A DNA stretch of 64,000 nucleotides from positions 54,808,001 through 54,872,000 of the forward strand of contig OZ024749.1 in assembly GCA_964016885.1 (NCBI GenBank). The letters are read 5' to 3'. Below are positions 1-12,920 of this stretch, piece after piece. Under the pieces are notes generated by a model. That model was given only the letters and a program-made list of their open reading frames with translations, was not told the DNA's origin and made no database searches. Made by a program: the position numbers and the translations under genes. This DNA is from Eledone cirrhosa. Taxonomy: Eukaryota. How positions within the stretch are numbered: position 1 is the first letter of the stretch; every line of letters begins with the position of its first letter.

Positions 1-94
1 CTGCTGTTGTTGTTGCAATTGTTTTAGCTGCTGTTGCTGCCAAGATGGATCATTACACGAAATATGTGAACAGACCCCTTGTGGCGTTCGTTCT

Positions 95-432
95 CAACTC
101 ACAAGGACTACAAGAAGAATCCGAAATATTTCTTTCCGTTGAGGCCGCCATATTGCTTCCGGTAATATCAGCACTTATCTTGTCGCTTGATGAGAAGGAT
201 CGGTGGAATGTTCTTCAGTGATTATCGTTCTTTATTAAGGACGAGATCGTAGCAGATCAAAGGGCATGAGAAATAACAAGGGGTCAGCTTTTCAGGCTGT
301 TTAGCATCCGATCATCCTACTTCTTAGTGCCGCCATAACCTTACACCTGACCCTTTTTATTTTATCTTTAACTCGAGAATAATCATTCGAAACTACTTCT
401 CGCTTGACAAAGCAATCAGTTTCGTGACGTCA
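95..432 (-). promoter_or_regulatory. Possible promoter / first-exon region of a minus-strand gene leaving the window
   Basis: Minus strand reads CCGGAAGCAATATGGCGGCC (ETS-like CCGGAAG next to YY1-like AATATGGCGGC, ATG at 151-149). A possible GTGAGT donor lies near 97-102 and a perfect CRE TGACGTCA at 425-432. The region is repeat-free and relatively CpG-rich. Motif-level evidence only. Confidence 0.3.
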
Positions 433-519
433 TCGTACATATTCAAATTCTTCTATCTCTCTATTAAATATTTTACTCTACTGCAGCGATAGTACATTCC
501 ATACTATATTATATTATAT

Positions 520-685
520 CATTCATGGGCTAACTGCGGCCCACGAGCCACATGCGGCCTCTTTACCTTTCTGAATGTCACGCCTAATTTCCAAATTATC
601 TTGAATTTTTTAGTAGTGTGGCCCATCTTATGATGAGCCACATCCTATGCGGCCCTCTGCTAGAAAAAAAGGTTGTCCATGTCTG
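520..685. mobile_element. Degenerate non-autonomous hAT (Charlie/MER-like) element
   Basis: Imperfect TIRs CATTCATGGGCTAAC / GGTTGTCCATGTCTG, repeated internal TGCGGCC subterminal motifs, and 8-bp flanks TATTATAT / TATGATAC (6/8 match, TSD-like). Confidence 0.6.
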
Positions 686-1024
686 TATGATACTATATTA
701 TACTATACTATATCACACAATACCATATACTTTACTATATCATACTATACCATATTCTACTATACTATATATTGTATGAATGCTTATTGTTGATTGAAGA
801 TAGATTTATTTGTCCATAATTCTATGACAAATTCTGTGAGAATTAAGAGTAACGAGTTAAAAAGATCGATATACATATACAGGAGTGTATCCTGCCAAAA
901 GGTATCGACATATATATGAACATATGTATGTGTGTATGTGTATATATATATATATACATATAGACAGACAGACAGACAGAGAGAGAGCTTATCGAATAGA
1001 ATGGACCCAGCTATATATGTATAT

Positions 1025-1198
1025 AGTTTTAATATAGATGAGAATCTACAGGACTAGAACTGTTTCATTCCTGATGATTTCTAAAGAATGACAGTTCTAG
1101 TCCCGTAGATTCTCATCTATATTAAAACTTTTATACTCTATGTATTGAGTACCTTACTTACTGTGGTTACCTCCGATTCAACCCGGAATAACGCACCA
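1025..1198 (+). mobile_element. Palindromic Penelope-terminal-like element, family A copy 1
   Basis: Inverted arms 1025-1070 / 1086-1129, CTGATGA at 1071-1077 in the loop, then a TTGAGTACC tail. Flanked by TA-rich microsatellite. Confidence 0.6.
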
Positions 1199-1526
1199 TA
1201 TATATATATAGCTGTATATGAGAGAGAGAGAGAGCGCTTTGAACCTGGTTCGATATACTGTGAAGCTTGCATCCCCCATTTCTCAAGTACATTTAGTCTT
1301 GTTACATGGAAACTAAGTGAAAGTCGAAGATGAAGAGGATATAAAAAATGTAAAGGAAGGATCTCAATCCAAGTTGAGTTCATACAAAGAATTCTTTGCA
1401 CGTTATCGCTGAAGTTTATAAAGTCAAGATTGTATGGCCACCAGATATATTCCATTTTAAGGAGGTATGTTCGACAGTCACAGTTGAAGTGGCAGTCTCC
1501 TAGACACACAGACACTCATATGCAGG

Positions 1527-2354
<828 letters not shown>

Positions 2355-2516
2355 TGTATGTATGTATGTATGTGCGTGTGTATGGGTGTTTTCCTGTGTG
2401 TGTGTGTTTTTAGCCTGATTCTATTCTCTACAATATATTAGATATGTGGGTTTTTATATTGAAAGTGTGCAAGCGCTCTGAGATCTTGGATCTTTTTAGC
2501 TTAAATTCAATAATTG

Positions 2517-2700
2517 AGCGATCATAGAACCGCAGAGATTCGGACGCCATGCTTTGACGCATTGACTTACGGCCCTTGCCATTCTGAGTTCTAATCCCGC
2601 CGAGGTTAACTTTGCCTTACATCCTTACGGGGTCGATAAAATAAAGTACCAGTAATGTACTGGGTAATTGCTGGCCTTGTGCAAAGTGTAGAAACAATTA
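2517..2700 (+). mobile_element. tRNA-derived SINE, Meta-domain-like, short tail
   Basis: B-box-like GAGTTCTAATCCC, central CTTTGCCTT.CATCCTTACGGGGTCGATAAAATAAAGTACCAG, tail GCTGGCCTTGTGC..GTAGAAACAATTA. Many copies in the window. Confidence 0.9.
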
Positions 2701-2714
2701 TATATATATATATT

Positions 2715-2895
2715 GTGAAAAGAGCGGACGACCTCCTTAAATTCAACAGCAATCAACCCCACCTGTAGGTTAAATAACCTCACCACCCGCAATTGACAAA
2801 AGGTGATGAGTTCGGCTACACCCCTGAGTTGACCAAAACCAAACAGAAACCTGTGGAGGTCAACCAGGGAGTGTTAGTCAAGCAGGAGGAAGAGG
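2715..2895 (+). mobile_element. RTE-like LINE 5' fragment
   Basis: Homologous by eye to the reverse complement of ~7690-7860 (CCTCACC.ACCCGCAATT, TGAC.AAAACCAAACAGAAA, CAACCAGGG). Confidence 0.55.
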
Positions 2896-3919
2896 GTCCT
2901 AGGTTGGTTAGTTGAATTCGACCAACTTTTAAGTTAAATATTTCTCTTTTTACTTTTATATTTTGCTCCTCTTTTGAGAACAAAGATTATTAAAAGAACG
3001 AAATTCAGGAAACTTTTAAAATTTAACAGATACTGTACAATTCTTCTAGGAGTTGCGACCGGTAGATAATATCAGTTATGGAAGGGTCAATGAAGCATCA
3101 TTTCCTTGGTTCGATTTCACAAGTTCTATGTCACTCGGTAAGCTAAGAGATCTTGGATTATGTTGATCGATATTTATGCTATATCGATGTACAATTGAAA
3201 TGTAGGTGAGGGCTATGTTACCCAGTGCCGTTCATCTTGCCAAATGGCCCTTACTGTTGTGTCACATACACTCAGATCTGTTTGTCGTGTTCTCTTGCGT
3301 GTTATTTAATTACACCATAAGAGAGCTCAGTGGGGAGAGAGGGCGGTTAATTGTAAACAAAATTGTTAGATTTTTAAATGTAAACAAGAAAAACTTGCAA
3401 CATTCAATTCTTAAACAATGCCGCTTTATATAATAACATAATGATATAGAAAACATTCCTTGTGAGATGGTAAATATGTGATGATGATGATTATAATGTA
3501 TACAGTTTTGTAAGTCTGGGCTGCACTATATATACAAATCACGAATTCACATATATACACACATAAATATATACACGCTATATATCCGCCCCCCTCTCTC
3601 TCTACACACACATATCTATCCATAAATGAATATATATATGCATCTAAATACACACACACACACACACACATAAATATATATATATAAACATATACATATA
3701 TATATATATATATAGACATATATATATATATATATATAGACATATATATATATATATAGACATATATATATAAATATATATACTTACATACATATATACA
3801 TATGTATGTATATATGTGTATATATGTATGTATGTATGTATGTATATGTGTATATATATATATACATGTGATATAGATATGTGTGTATGTATGTAAGTAT
3901 GTATGGTATGTATGTATAT

Positions 3920-4521
3920 GTCAGGTCACCAGTTGGTGCTACTGGTAACATGTATCCCAGTACAACCTGTCCCATGATCGGGTCGTTTGCGACTAAACTG
4001 GCAACCCCACCAAGGTTTCTTGGTGAGGAGGTTGACTTTGGACATCCTGCAGGACTAAAAACAAAACCTGTCAAAGGGCAAAGGAGCTCTTAAGAGTCAA
4101 TGGCCATCCAAAATCACAGGGAGAGATGACCTCTTAGCTTTTGTCAAGGCAGAATTCTAGGAGAAGGAAAACTCTGATATAACACCTGCAACCCAGATGG
4201 TATCCAATGATGTTGACTTGTTCTTCTTTTTGGTAAATATCATCTTGGTTAAGAGAGTGGGACTGGCTTTGTGCAGTTCTTTTGCTCACTATAAAAGCTT
4301 CACGGCACAGATATATCTGTAGAGCTCTCTGCACTTGTCGTCACATGGTACCATGGGCCCAGCACTATGTGTCAATAATTGTCACAAGTGTAGTGTTTGT
4401 ACCAGAGTTTTCAAGTCGCTGGCTGGACTAAAAAGTCACACTCGTTCAGTGCATCGGTAGGGGTTCTCCTACATGGATATAAAGTAGTGGCCGTACTCGA
4501 AAACGAGTTGGCAGCCACCAT
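3920..4521 (+). mobile_element. Internally deleted RTE-type LINE (5' region joined to 3' end)
   Basis: 3920-4110 is homologous to the minus strand of ~7820-8010. 4380-4460 encodes CHKCSVCTRVFKSLAGLKSHTRSVHR*, the C-terminal C2H2 motif typical of RTE/BovB ORFs. Inserted in a (TATG)n tract. Confidence 0.65.
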
Positions 4522-4545
4522 GTATGTATGTGTATATATATACAT

Positions 4546-4581
<36 letters not shown>

Positions 4582-4692
4582 ATAGAGATATATACATATA
4601 TATATATATATATATACACGCAGCTGAAATTTACAAGCTAATAATTGTATGATGAGTCATAATGGTTCTACAGAATATTCCATTCTCTCTAT

Positions 4693-4765
<73 letters not shown>

Positions 4766-5092
4766 CATATTTTATTTTATTTTTTGCTTCCACTTTGCTT
4801 CATCTCAAATCTCAACAGCCTGAAAGTATGTTCCAAGTGGTAACTTGAAGACTGGTGCTGTCTAGCGAACATTTCTTTGACAGTTCTTTAAAAGGACTTT
4901 GTGAGGACGCGTTAACATTTATTCACAGAACTTCCAGTTATTCATACAACTCTTCAAATAACCACCATATGTTGTTTCTTTTTTTCTCATCCATGTATTC
5001 TATATTCTTTTCTGTCTGCCTCTTGCCTCTTTACCTCATTGTCATTCTCTCTTTCACTGCCTGCAAATAAAGTTGTTGTTTTTTAAATGCTG

Positions 5093-5546
5093 CATACATA
5101 CATACATACATACATACATACATACATACATACATACATACATACATACATACATACATACATACATACATACATACATACATACATACATACATACATA
5201 CATACATACATACATACATACATACATACATACATACATACATACATACATACATACATACATACATACATACATACATACATACATACATACATACATA
5301 CATACATACATACATACATACATACATACATACATACATACATACATACATACATACATACATACATACATACATACATACATACATACATACATACATA
5401 CATACATACATACATACATACATACATACATACATACATACATACATACATACATACATACATACATACATACATACATACATACATACATACATACATA
5501 CATACATACATACATACATACATACATACATACATACATACATACA

Positions 5547-5576
<30 letters not shown>
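5093..5576. repeat. (CATA)n microsatellite
   Basis: Directly visible. Confidence 0.98.
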
Positions 5577-5578
<2 letters not shown>

Positions 5579-6199
5579 CGAGAGAGAGAGATGAACCGAA
5601 CCTAACATAAACACACTTACACACAGTGAGAGAGAGACAGAGACATATACATGTCTTTACAAGTATAATTATGTGTATGTGGAAGTTTTCACGTCCTTCC
5701 CTCGGACAACAGTAAGGGGCCAAACAGATCCTTAAATTGAACCCCACAATTCTCCAGTTTTTTCTCAAACCGTTATTCATACCTTCCCTTTCTTTCTACG
5801 TTATCTCACCTCTTGTTTCAAACACACACACACACACATCGTTCTACATCTCCAAGCCTACTGATTCCTACTTTATTTTTTCATTTCTCTCATACATACA
5901 TATATGTATGTGTATGTGTGTGTATATATATACATACATGTATGTGTGTGTATTTACATACATACATATATATGTGTATGTGCGCGTATTTATGTATATG
6001 TATGTATGTACTTAGATCTTATCCTACACTTCACTTTGATATGCAAGTGGGCATGCATGCATCTATGCATGGAATAATTGTGGAATCGTACATATATGCA
6101 TGCATCTGCATATGTGCACACTGGGGCTTCCCTCCTCACTTGAAAACTTCAAAGCATTCGTTTCTAACACTTTCTTACACGCGCACATACATACATACA

Positions 6200-6230
<31 letters not shown>

Positions 6231-6250
6231 GCATATACTTCATACTTATT

Positions 6251-6300
<50 letters not shown>

Positions 6301-6317
6301 TATACTTCATACTTATT

Positions 6318-6356
<39 letters not shown>

Positions 6357-7141
6357 CTACGTGTATGTATGAATATTAATATTTCAAGTATTCGTGTATT
6401 GTGAAGTGTCAAAAAACAGTTTTATACGTGGCCTCCACTTTGGAGCCCAAACGTTCGGTGTTCCATTCTTGCTGGTGGAATTAAAGCCTTGATGTTATCG
6501 CAGTATATCGTCATGTAAGCTCTGTTGAGGAAGCCCTTTGATAAAACCTCCTGCTATGACATTCAAACCTTATCTTCAATAATATATAACTTTACAGGTT
6601 TAACAAGTTTCATGATTTTTCAAACGTTAACAGAGTTGGATTAATGTGTAGCTATGCCGACTTGAAATGCAGCATAGCTACTCAGCTATTTAACCCCAGC
6701 TCAGATTGTCACATTGTAGCACATTTAAATCGAAACTCTACGGCCCTGAGTCGTATAGATAGTTACCGAGTTGCATTTTTGTAAAGTTTAGTGTACCATA
6801 AACTGTCTAGATTTAAAAGGAAAGAGATATACTCGATCTATAAACGGGTTATATTTTTGATGTTCTTGGACACCACGAAACGCTTGCGGAGAATACGTGC
6901 ACAAACGAAAATTATATCGAATACAACTACCTACCTAACTACCTACCTACCTCCATACACATCTACATATATACACATCTACAAATATATACACATCTAC
7001 AAATATATACCTCCACGCACATCTACATACATACAAATATACTTGTATAGCTTCATGCCTATATACATAAGTACATACAATGTCGTTATCTATGTGTAGT
7101 AACATTAGGTAAACGCGCACGCATACACACACACACACACA

Positions 7142-7344
7142 CACTCACTCACTCACTCACTCACTCACTCACTCACTCACTCACTCACTCACTCACTCAC
7201 TCACTCACTCACTCACTCACTCACTCACTCACTCACTCACTCACTCACTCACTCACTCACTCACTCACTCACTCACTCACTCACTCACTCACTCACTCAC
7301 TCACTCACTCACTCACTCACTCACTCACTCACTCACTCACTCAC
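7142..7344. repeat. (CACT)n microsatellite
   Basis: Directly visible. Confidence 0.98.
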
Positions 7345-7659
7345 CTCTCTCTCTCTCTCTATACACACACACACTTCTCTCTCTATACATACATACACAC
7401 CCTTGCATCTACAATTAATTAATCAATATTAACATTCGTGATATGTGTGCTAATATGTTTTTCTCTCTAAGTTATATACTTTCAACTGCGCAAACAATTT
7501 GTTATTTACATTTGCTTCAATTTCACACTTCTTTCGCCATAAAATTATTCACTTCATTCTCCATATTGATTTCAACAACTTGAATATTTCCACAACATCG
7601 AATCTTCCATATCCCCGCCTCTATTTACTTCAATATTTCAACATACTAGAGATGTTATA

Positions 7660-8012
7660 CCTGAGACACTCCAATACCTTCTCACTCTTGTTGGAGGAAC
7701 CCCCACCCTGGTTGAATTGCACCACTTTCTGTTTGGTTTTAGTCATGTCGTCAGGAGTGTGGCTGTAGTCACCATACTTGGCTAATTGCGGGTTGGTGAG
7801 GCTATTTATAATTGGGGTAAATGGCCGTTGATTCTGAAGAGTTCATCCGCCCTTTTAACAGCTCTTGTTTGTTGTGCTGCTGGAGTTCTATCTACCCTCC
7901 TCACCAAACGAGGGTCTGGTGTGAGACTGTTTAGTCGTTGACCACTCGACCATGAATCAGGTTGTATTGGGTTACATGGTGCCAGTAGCCGACAGAAGCC
8001 TGGCTTGGCATC
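7660..8012 (-). mobile_element. RTE-like LINE 5' region
   Basis: Shares GCTACTGG.A.CATGTA.CCCA.TACAACCTG, CGACTAAAC, TTGGTGAGGAGG and TCAA.GGCCAT with the 3920 copy. Includes ATGACTAAAACCAAACAG (MTKTKQ...), a possible ORF start. Confidence 0.6.
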
Positions 8013-8040
8013 ATAAATATATATATTTATATATTTTATA

Positions 8041-8124
8041 GTTGAAACAGTAAACAAAAAAAAACAACGTGGAAACGAAGAGGCAGTACAAAATGTTAAT
8101 ATTAATTTCACGTTTGAGAGAGGG

Positions 8125-8126
<2 letters not shown>
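8041..8126 (-). mobile_element. Tail fragment of the element family at 20522-20730
   Basis: GAGGCAGTAC...GTT..T..TTTCACG...GAGAG matches ~20549-20593. Lies between (TA)n tracts. Confidence 0.45.
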
Positions 8127-8161
<35 letters not shown>

Positions 8162-8199
8162 CATATACACGTGTGTGTGTGTGGGGGGGGGGGGGGGGG

Positions 8200-8320
8200 T
8201 AAACAGTAAAATGTACTCAATACGTTGGTAGAGTATAGGCATCTTTATTATATATAGAAATGACTTCTACAGGACTAGAATTGTTACAATCATGATAATT
8301 ATATACGAATGAAACAGTTT
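8200..8320 (-). mobile_element. Palindromic element, family A copy 2
   Basis: GTACTCAATAC...TAGAGTATA...CTACAGGACTAGAA...GAATGAAACAGTT, homologous to 1025-1198. Confidence 0.6.
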
Positions 8321-8831
8321 CATATCACCAGCACCAACCACAACAAGGAGATTAATATATGTACAGCAACTGTAACAACAACGCCAACCATAACAGCAGC
8401 AACCAACCACAAGAAGATTAATATCAGGAACACCAACCATAACAACCGCAACACCAACGAGAACAATAACAGGAATATCATGTACACTAGAAACAACAGC
8501 ACACCTATATATGTTTCATGAAACACACGGAATATTTTGCTTGTTAGATAGTATTGTTCCTATTTTCTCTGCCATTTCAGTTATATTATAACAACTCGTA
8601 TTTCAGATCACCCACGACGATTATCGAAACACACGAGACTTACTTGAAGTTCCCGCTCCAAGGTCACCTGTGTTTTCAGTTACAGAATAACGCATACCGT
8701 GTGTGAGATTTAGCTTTATAGGTTACTAATCACGGCTTTTATTTGTTAGTGTAAAAGGCTCTGTTGATTGATGAAATACTACTAATTGAAACCTTTCAAC
8801 TGTTTCTTGCTGTTTTATTCCTCCTCCTGTG

Positions 8832-9640
8832 TGGTGGTGGTGGTGGTGGTGGTGGTGTTGATAGTGGTGGTGGCAGTGATGGTGAGTGGTGGTGTTGTTG
8901 ATGGTGGCAGTATTGGTGAATGGTTGTGGTGATGGTGGTGTTGGCAGTAATGGTGTTGTTGATGGTGACAGTGGTGAGTGGTGGTGGTGGTGGTGGTGTT
9001 GGTGTTGATGGTGAGAGTATTGGTGGTGGTGGTGTTGGTGATGATGGTGTTGGTGAGTGGTGGTGGCAGTGATGGTAAGAGTGTTGGTGTGTTGATGGTG
9101 AGTGGTGGTGGTGGTGGCAGTGATGGTGAGTGTTGGTGGTGTAGGTGTTGTTGATGGTGTTGCAGTTGGTGATGGTTTTAATTTTCGGAATGATAATGTT
9201 GTTGATGCTGGAGTCGGAACACTAGCATCTTATTCTTTGTTGTACTGTTCCTCCTGTGTGTTGCGTATTGGTGTTGGTGATGGTAGTGGTGGTATTGGGG
9301 TGGTATTGGTGATAGTATTGGGGTTGGTGATAGTATTGGTGGTGGTGTTGGCATCGGGGATATTATTGGTGGTGGTATTGGAGGTGGTATTGGTGATAGT
9401 GTTGGTGGTGGTATTGGTGGTGGTATTGATGATAGTGTTGGTGGTGGTGTTGGTGGTGGTATTGGTGGTGGTATTGATGATAGTGTTGGTGTAGGTGATG
9501 GTAGTGGTGTATGTGTTGGTGATAGTTTTCACAATGAGGGTGTTGGTGTTGGTAGTAATGATAGTTTTTGTAATGATAGTGTTGGTAGTAATAGTGTTTG
9601 TTTTCGTTATGACGGTGTTGCTAATGTTGGTATTGGTGTC
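8832..9640. repeat. Degenerate (GGT/GTT/GAT)n low-complexity tract
   Basis: Directly visible. Confidence 0.9.
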
Positions 9641-10190
9641 GGGGAACAGTAACAACATAGTCCACCATTAGACATCCATTCTGAGTGAGATATTCTACAC
9701 AATAACGCTACATTGCCAGTCTTCATAACTGATAACAACAATATCATGTGCCTAACATTCTCTCATATAATTCTCCTCTGAAAACAAGTAAAACGCATAA
9801 ACAAATTATCCTAACCTCTAGGTTAATCACGTCTTAATTAATTTGCAACATATTACGATCAAATTAATAGAGATGTAATTATAATGGAAGTATTCTTAGA
9901 ATACGTTATATCGATCCCATTGTATCCATTATTCGGAATATTATAGCGTTGGATTTCCTATCAATTTCTAAAGTTTGAGATGTTTGATTGTGTTCATGTC
10001 AAAATAGAAGTTATTAAAAGAAGAAACATGGAAATTATTGAAGCATGAATGAATATCCTCTCACGATTGTTTTTATATAATTGAAGTCGATATAATAGCA
10101 ATGACGTCATCATTGCTACACCTTACACATACATAAATACATACATACATTTGAACATATACACACATACATATATAGATATGAACATTT

Positions 10191-10248
<58 letters not shown>

Positions 10249-10253
10249 CTATA

Positions 10254-10296
<43 letters not shown>

Positions 10297-10324
10297 ATGA
10301 GTATGTGCACCCAGAGAAACACTC

Positions 10325-10368
<44 letters not shown>

Positions 10369-12306
10369 TTGTGAGTTCGACTCTCGGACCGGTAGTTACT
10401 AGACGAGTCAAAAATATGAGTTTTAGAAGAAATGTATTATGGTACAAAAATACATTTCTCAGAACGGTTGTTTCCATTGAACATCTGACTTTAGTACAGT
10501 TTTATTAATGTCGATATATCCCAGTCCATGAATTATGTTAAACACACACATAGAGATACCTCTCGCTCTCGCTCTCTCTCTCTCTTATCTTTCTCTCTTA
10601 TCTTTCTCTCTATCTCATTATATAAATACATAGGATCCCTGTACATAGGAGTTTTCGAGTAGAGCGAGCTTACTATTGAGATATTTGAACTAACTTAATA
10701 TCGTGACTGCCAGTGTTTTGTCGACGTAAAAATTGTCTCATTTGGAAAATCTAATTCTAAATTACTGACAATGTTAAATTATTTTTACCACTTGCTGACG
10801 GAAAGAAACATCTTTGAAACCGAATGTAATTTATCTAGAAAAAAATAGAGATTTCCAACTGCGCCAATTTTGTAGTTTTAACATCTGCTCCGGTACCGGC
10901 AAATCTATTAATTATATAAAAGCAAACAAAATAACCCTGCAATGTAATTTAAAACGCCAACGAGGTTAGCATTTTTCTATTTATTTAAACAACAATTCTT
11001 CGAGGTTGTTTTGACCCGTCTGGTAACAGAGTACACAGCAGAGGCTGTCGAGAATCTAATGATACACCTTTTATAGGAAAAATATGGAAAAATATATATA
11101 TATATATATAAACAGCTACCAAATTAGTAAACGTATTTGACAGTTTTCCTGGTATCTGTGATGTTATGAGGTTTCAAAAAATGTATTTCGTTTCTATTTA
11201 TATTTGCAGGAATCTTAATAGCATTCTTTGAGTAAAAAAATAATAAAAGAAAGAAAAATAGTAAAATGCGCAGTATATCCTGACACCTCTTTAGCTTAGT
11301 CCACTTTAAAGAAGATAGCGTTTGTGACAATATTCTTTTACGTTTTTCACATTTTATACATTTTCTCTCGGCATTTTTTCTTTTGCATATCAAAGAAGCT
11401 TAATTTCCTAATTTATTATTGAATACCAGCGCACCACTGCTACCTCTTAACCCCTTCATTTTTGCTTTTCAAAAAATAAAGAAAAATAGAAATAATAATA
11501 ATAAAATAAATATATAAATATATAACATAAAATATTAACATATCTGAAAGAAGACAAAATAAAACTCAGGTTCCTTTGATGTGCAGATGCTTTGTCTAGA
11601 GGCATGTGATCTATGTAATTCTGTAGTTCTTACAAGGACAGCATTATTGAACAAGCGTCTTGCGTGTTGTTTTTGCTTGGGGCCCTACTTTCAGATATTC
11701 TATAAACATGGAAAGTAAAACTGAGTTTTGTATTTGAAAATGGAAAAGGAAAAAAATATAGAGGACCATTATGAGAAATGTACAAAAAAATATAATAAAA
11801 TAAATCTTATGGAAATATTGACGAGGTAAGGGAGACACATAGTTAAAAACTCTCATGCAACTAAATGAGGGGAATTTTGAGAAATCGATCATTTTCCACC
11901 GAAAAACACCTTCGAAGACTGTAGCGAGTATTTAAAGATTCTTTTTCATCTCGTTTCCAATTAACCTAAATTGATAACACATTCGCAATTATTTGTACCC
12001 AAGTAAGGCAATCTTTTCTATATGTAAATATATATATATATACCCGTGTGAACATATAAACATGTGAACATGTTAAAATGCTGTGGTTGGTAATATGTGT
12101 ATCTTTCGATAGGTTTTATGTAACTTTAGTTTAAAGAAATTATTTTACTTGCCGAAACCGACCACCGTCATTAATATGGTAGTTAAGAAAATAATCAACT
12201 CATAATCTATCAAACACAACTGAACAGTTGGACCTGTTCACGTTAGATATCGATCTAATGTGTTAGTTTAATAGAATCATTTTACATTGTATATCATAAA
12301 CTGTTA

Positions 12307-12622
12307 GGCGGCGAATTGGTAGAGTCGTTAGAATGTCAGATAGAAGGCTTTGCAGTATTCGTTTCGGCTCTCGGAGTTCAAATCCCACCGAGGTCAACTT
12401 TGCTTTCATCCATCGAAGGTAGATAAAAAAAAGTACCACTAGGTTAGGTTATTCCTCTATATCTCTTTCACACCTCCATTCTCTCACTCTCTCCATCCTT
12501 TCTGGAAGAAATCTGTTGTATTCAGATCTGGAGAGGAGATGGGCTCTGCCAAGTGCTAAAATATACCCTAGAAACGCTGTATGTCGATACAGCACCCTTA
12601 CAACTCCTCCGGGGTTTACGGG
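12307..12622 (+). mobile_element. Meta-domain-like SINE, long-tail subfamily
   Basis: GGCGGCGAATTGGTAGAGTCGTTAG head, GAGTTCAAATCCC B-box, and a ~190-bp tail (CAGATCTGGAGAGGAGATGGG...CCTAGAAAC) shared with the 23662, 26081 and 38088 copies. Confidence 0.8.
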
Positions 12623-12667
12623 ACCATAGATAGATATCTTAGGCTGTCCATCTGTGATTTGAGAAGG

Positions 12668-12755
12668 AGCATAGCATAAGGGTTAGTTTTCGGTTCACAG
12701 TCGTAAAATCGTGAGTTCGAATCTCAACAGGGAGTTGTGATATTGAATGAAACAC
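12668..12755 (+). mobile_element. Degenerate tRNA-derived SINE head (family of the 46898 element)
   Basis: GAGTTCGAATCTC B-box followed by GTTGTG..ATTGAA...ACAC. Confidence 0.4.
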
Positions 12756-12841
12756 GATGGGGGGATAGATAAATATGTTTAGAAAACAGCAAGCGGAGTT
12801 TGAAAATTGAATTACACGTCTTTGCCGTAACTCTGATTAAT

Positions 12842-12920
12842 AAAATATGGACATCAGCACAGATGGGAGTCGAACCCATACCGTTCAGAGGGTTTATACG
12901 GCCCGTTACTATTAGACTAT
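12842..12920 (-). pseudogene. tRNA-like fragment / SINE head
   Basis: Minus strand TAGTCTAATAGTAA (A-box-like) ... ATGGGTTCGACTCCCAT (T-arm). No clean acceptor stem. Confidence 0.45.

Noticed and set aside
45-221. 58-aa plus-strand ORF MDHYTKYVNRPL...
   Set aside because: Short, with no recognisable homology or supporting signals.
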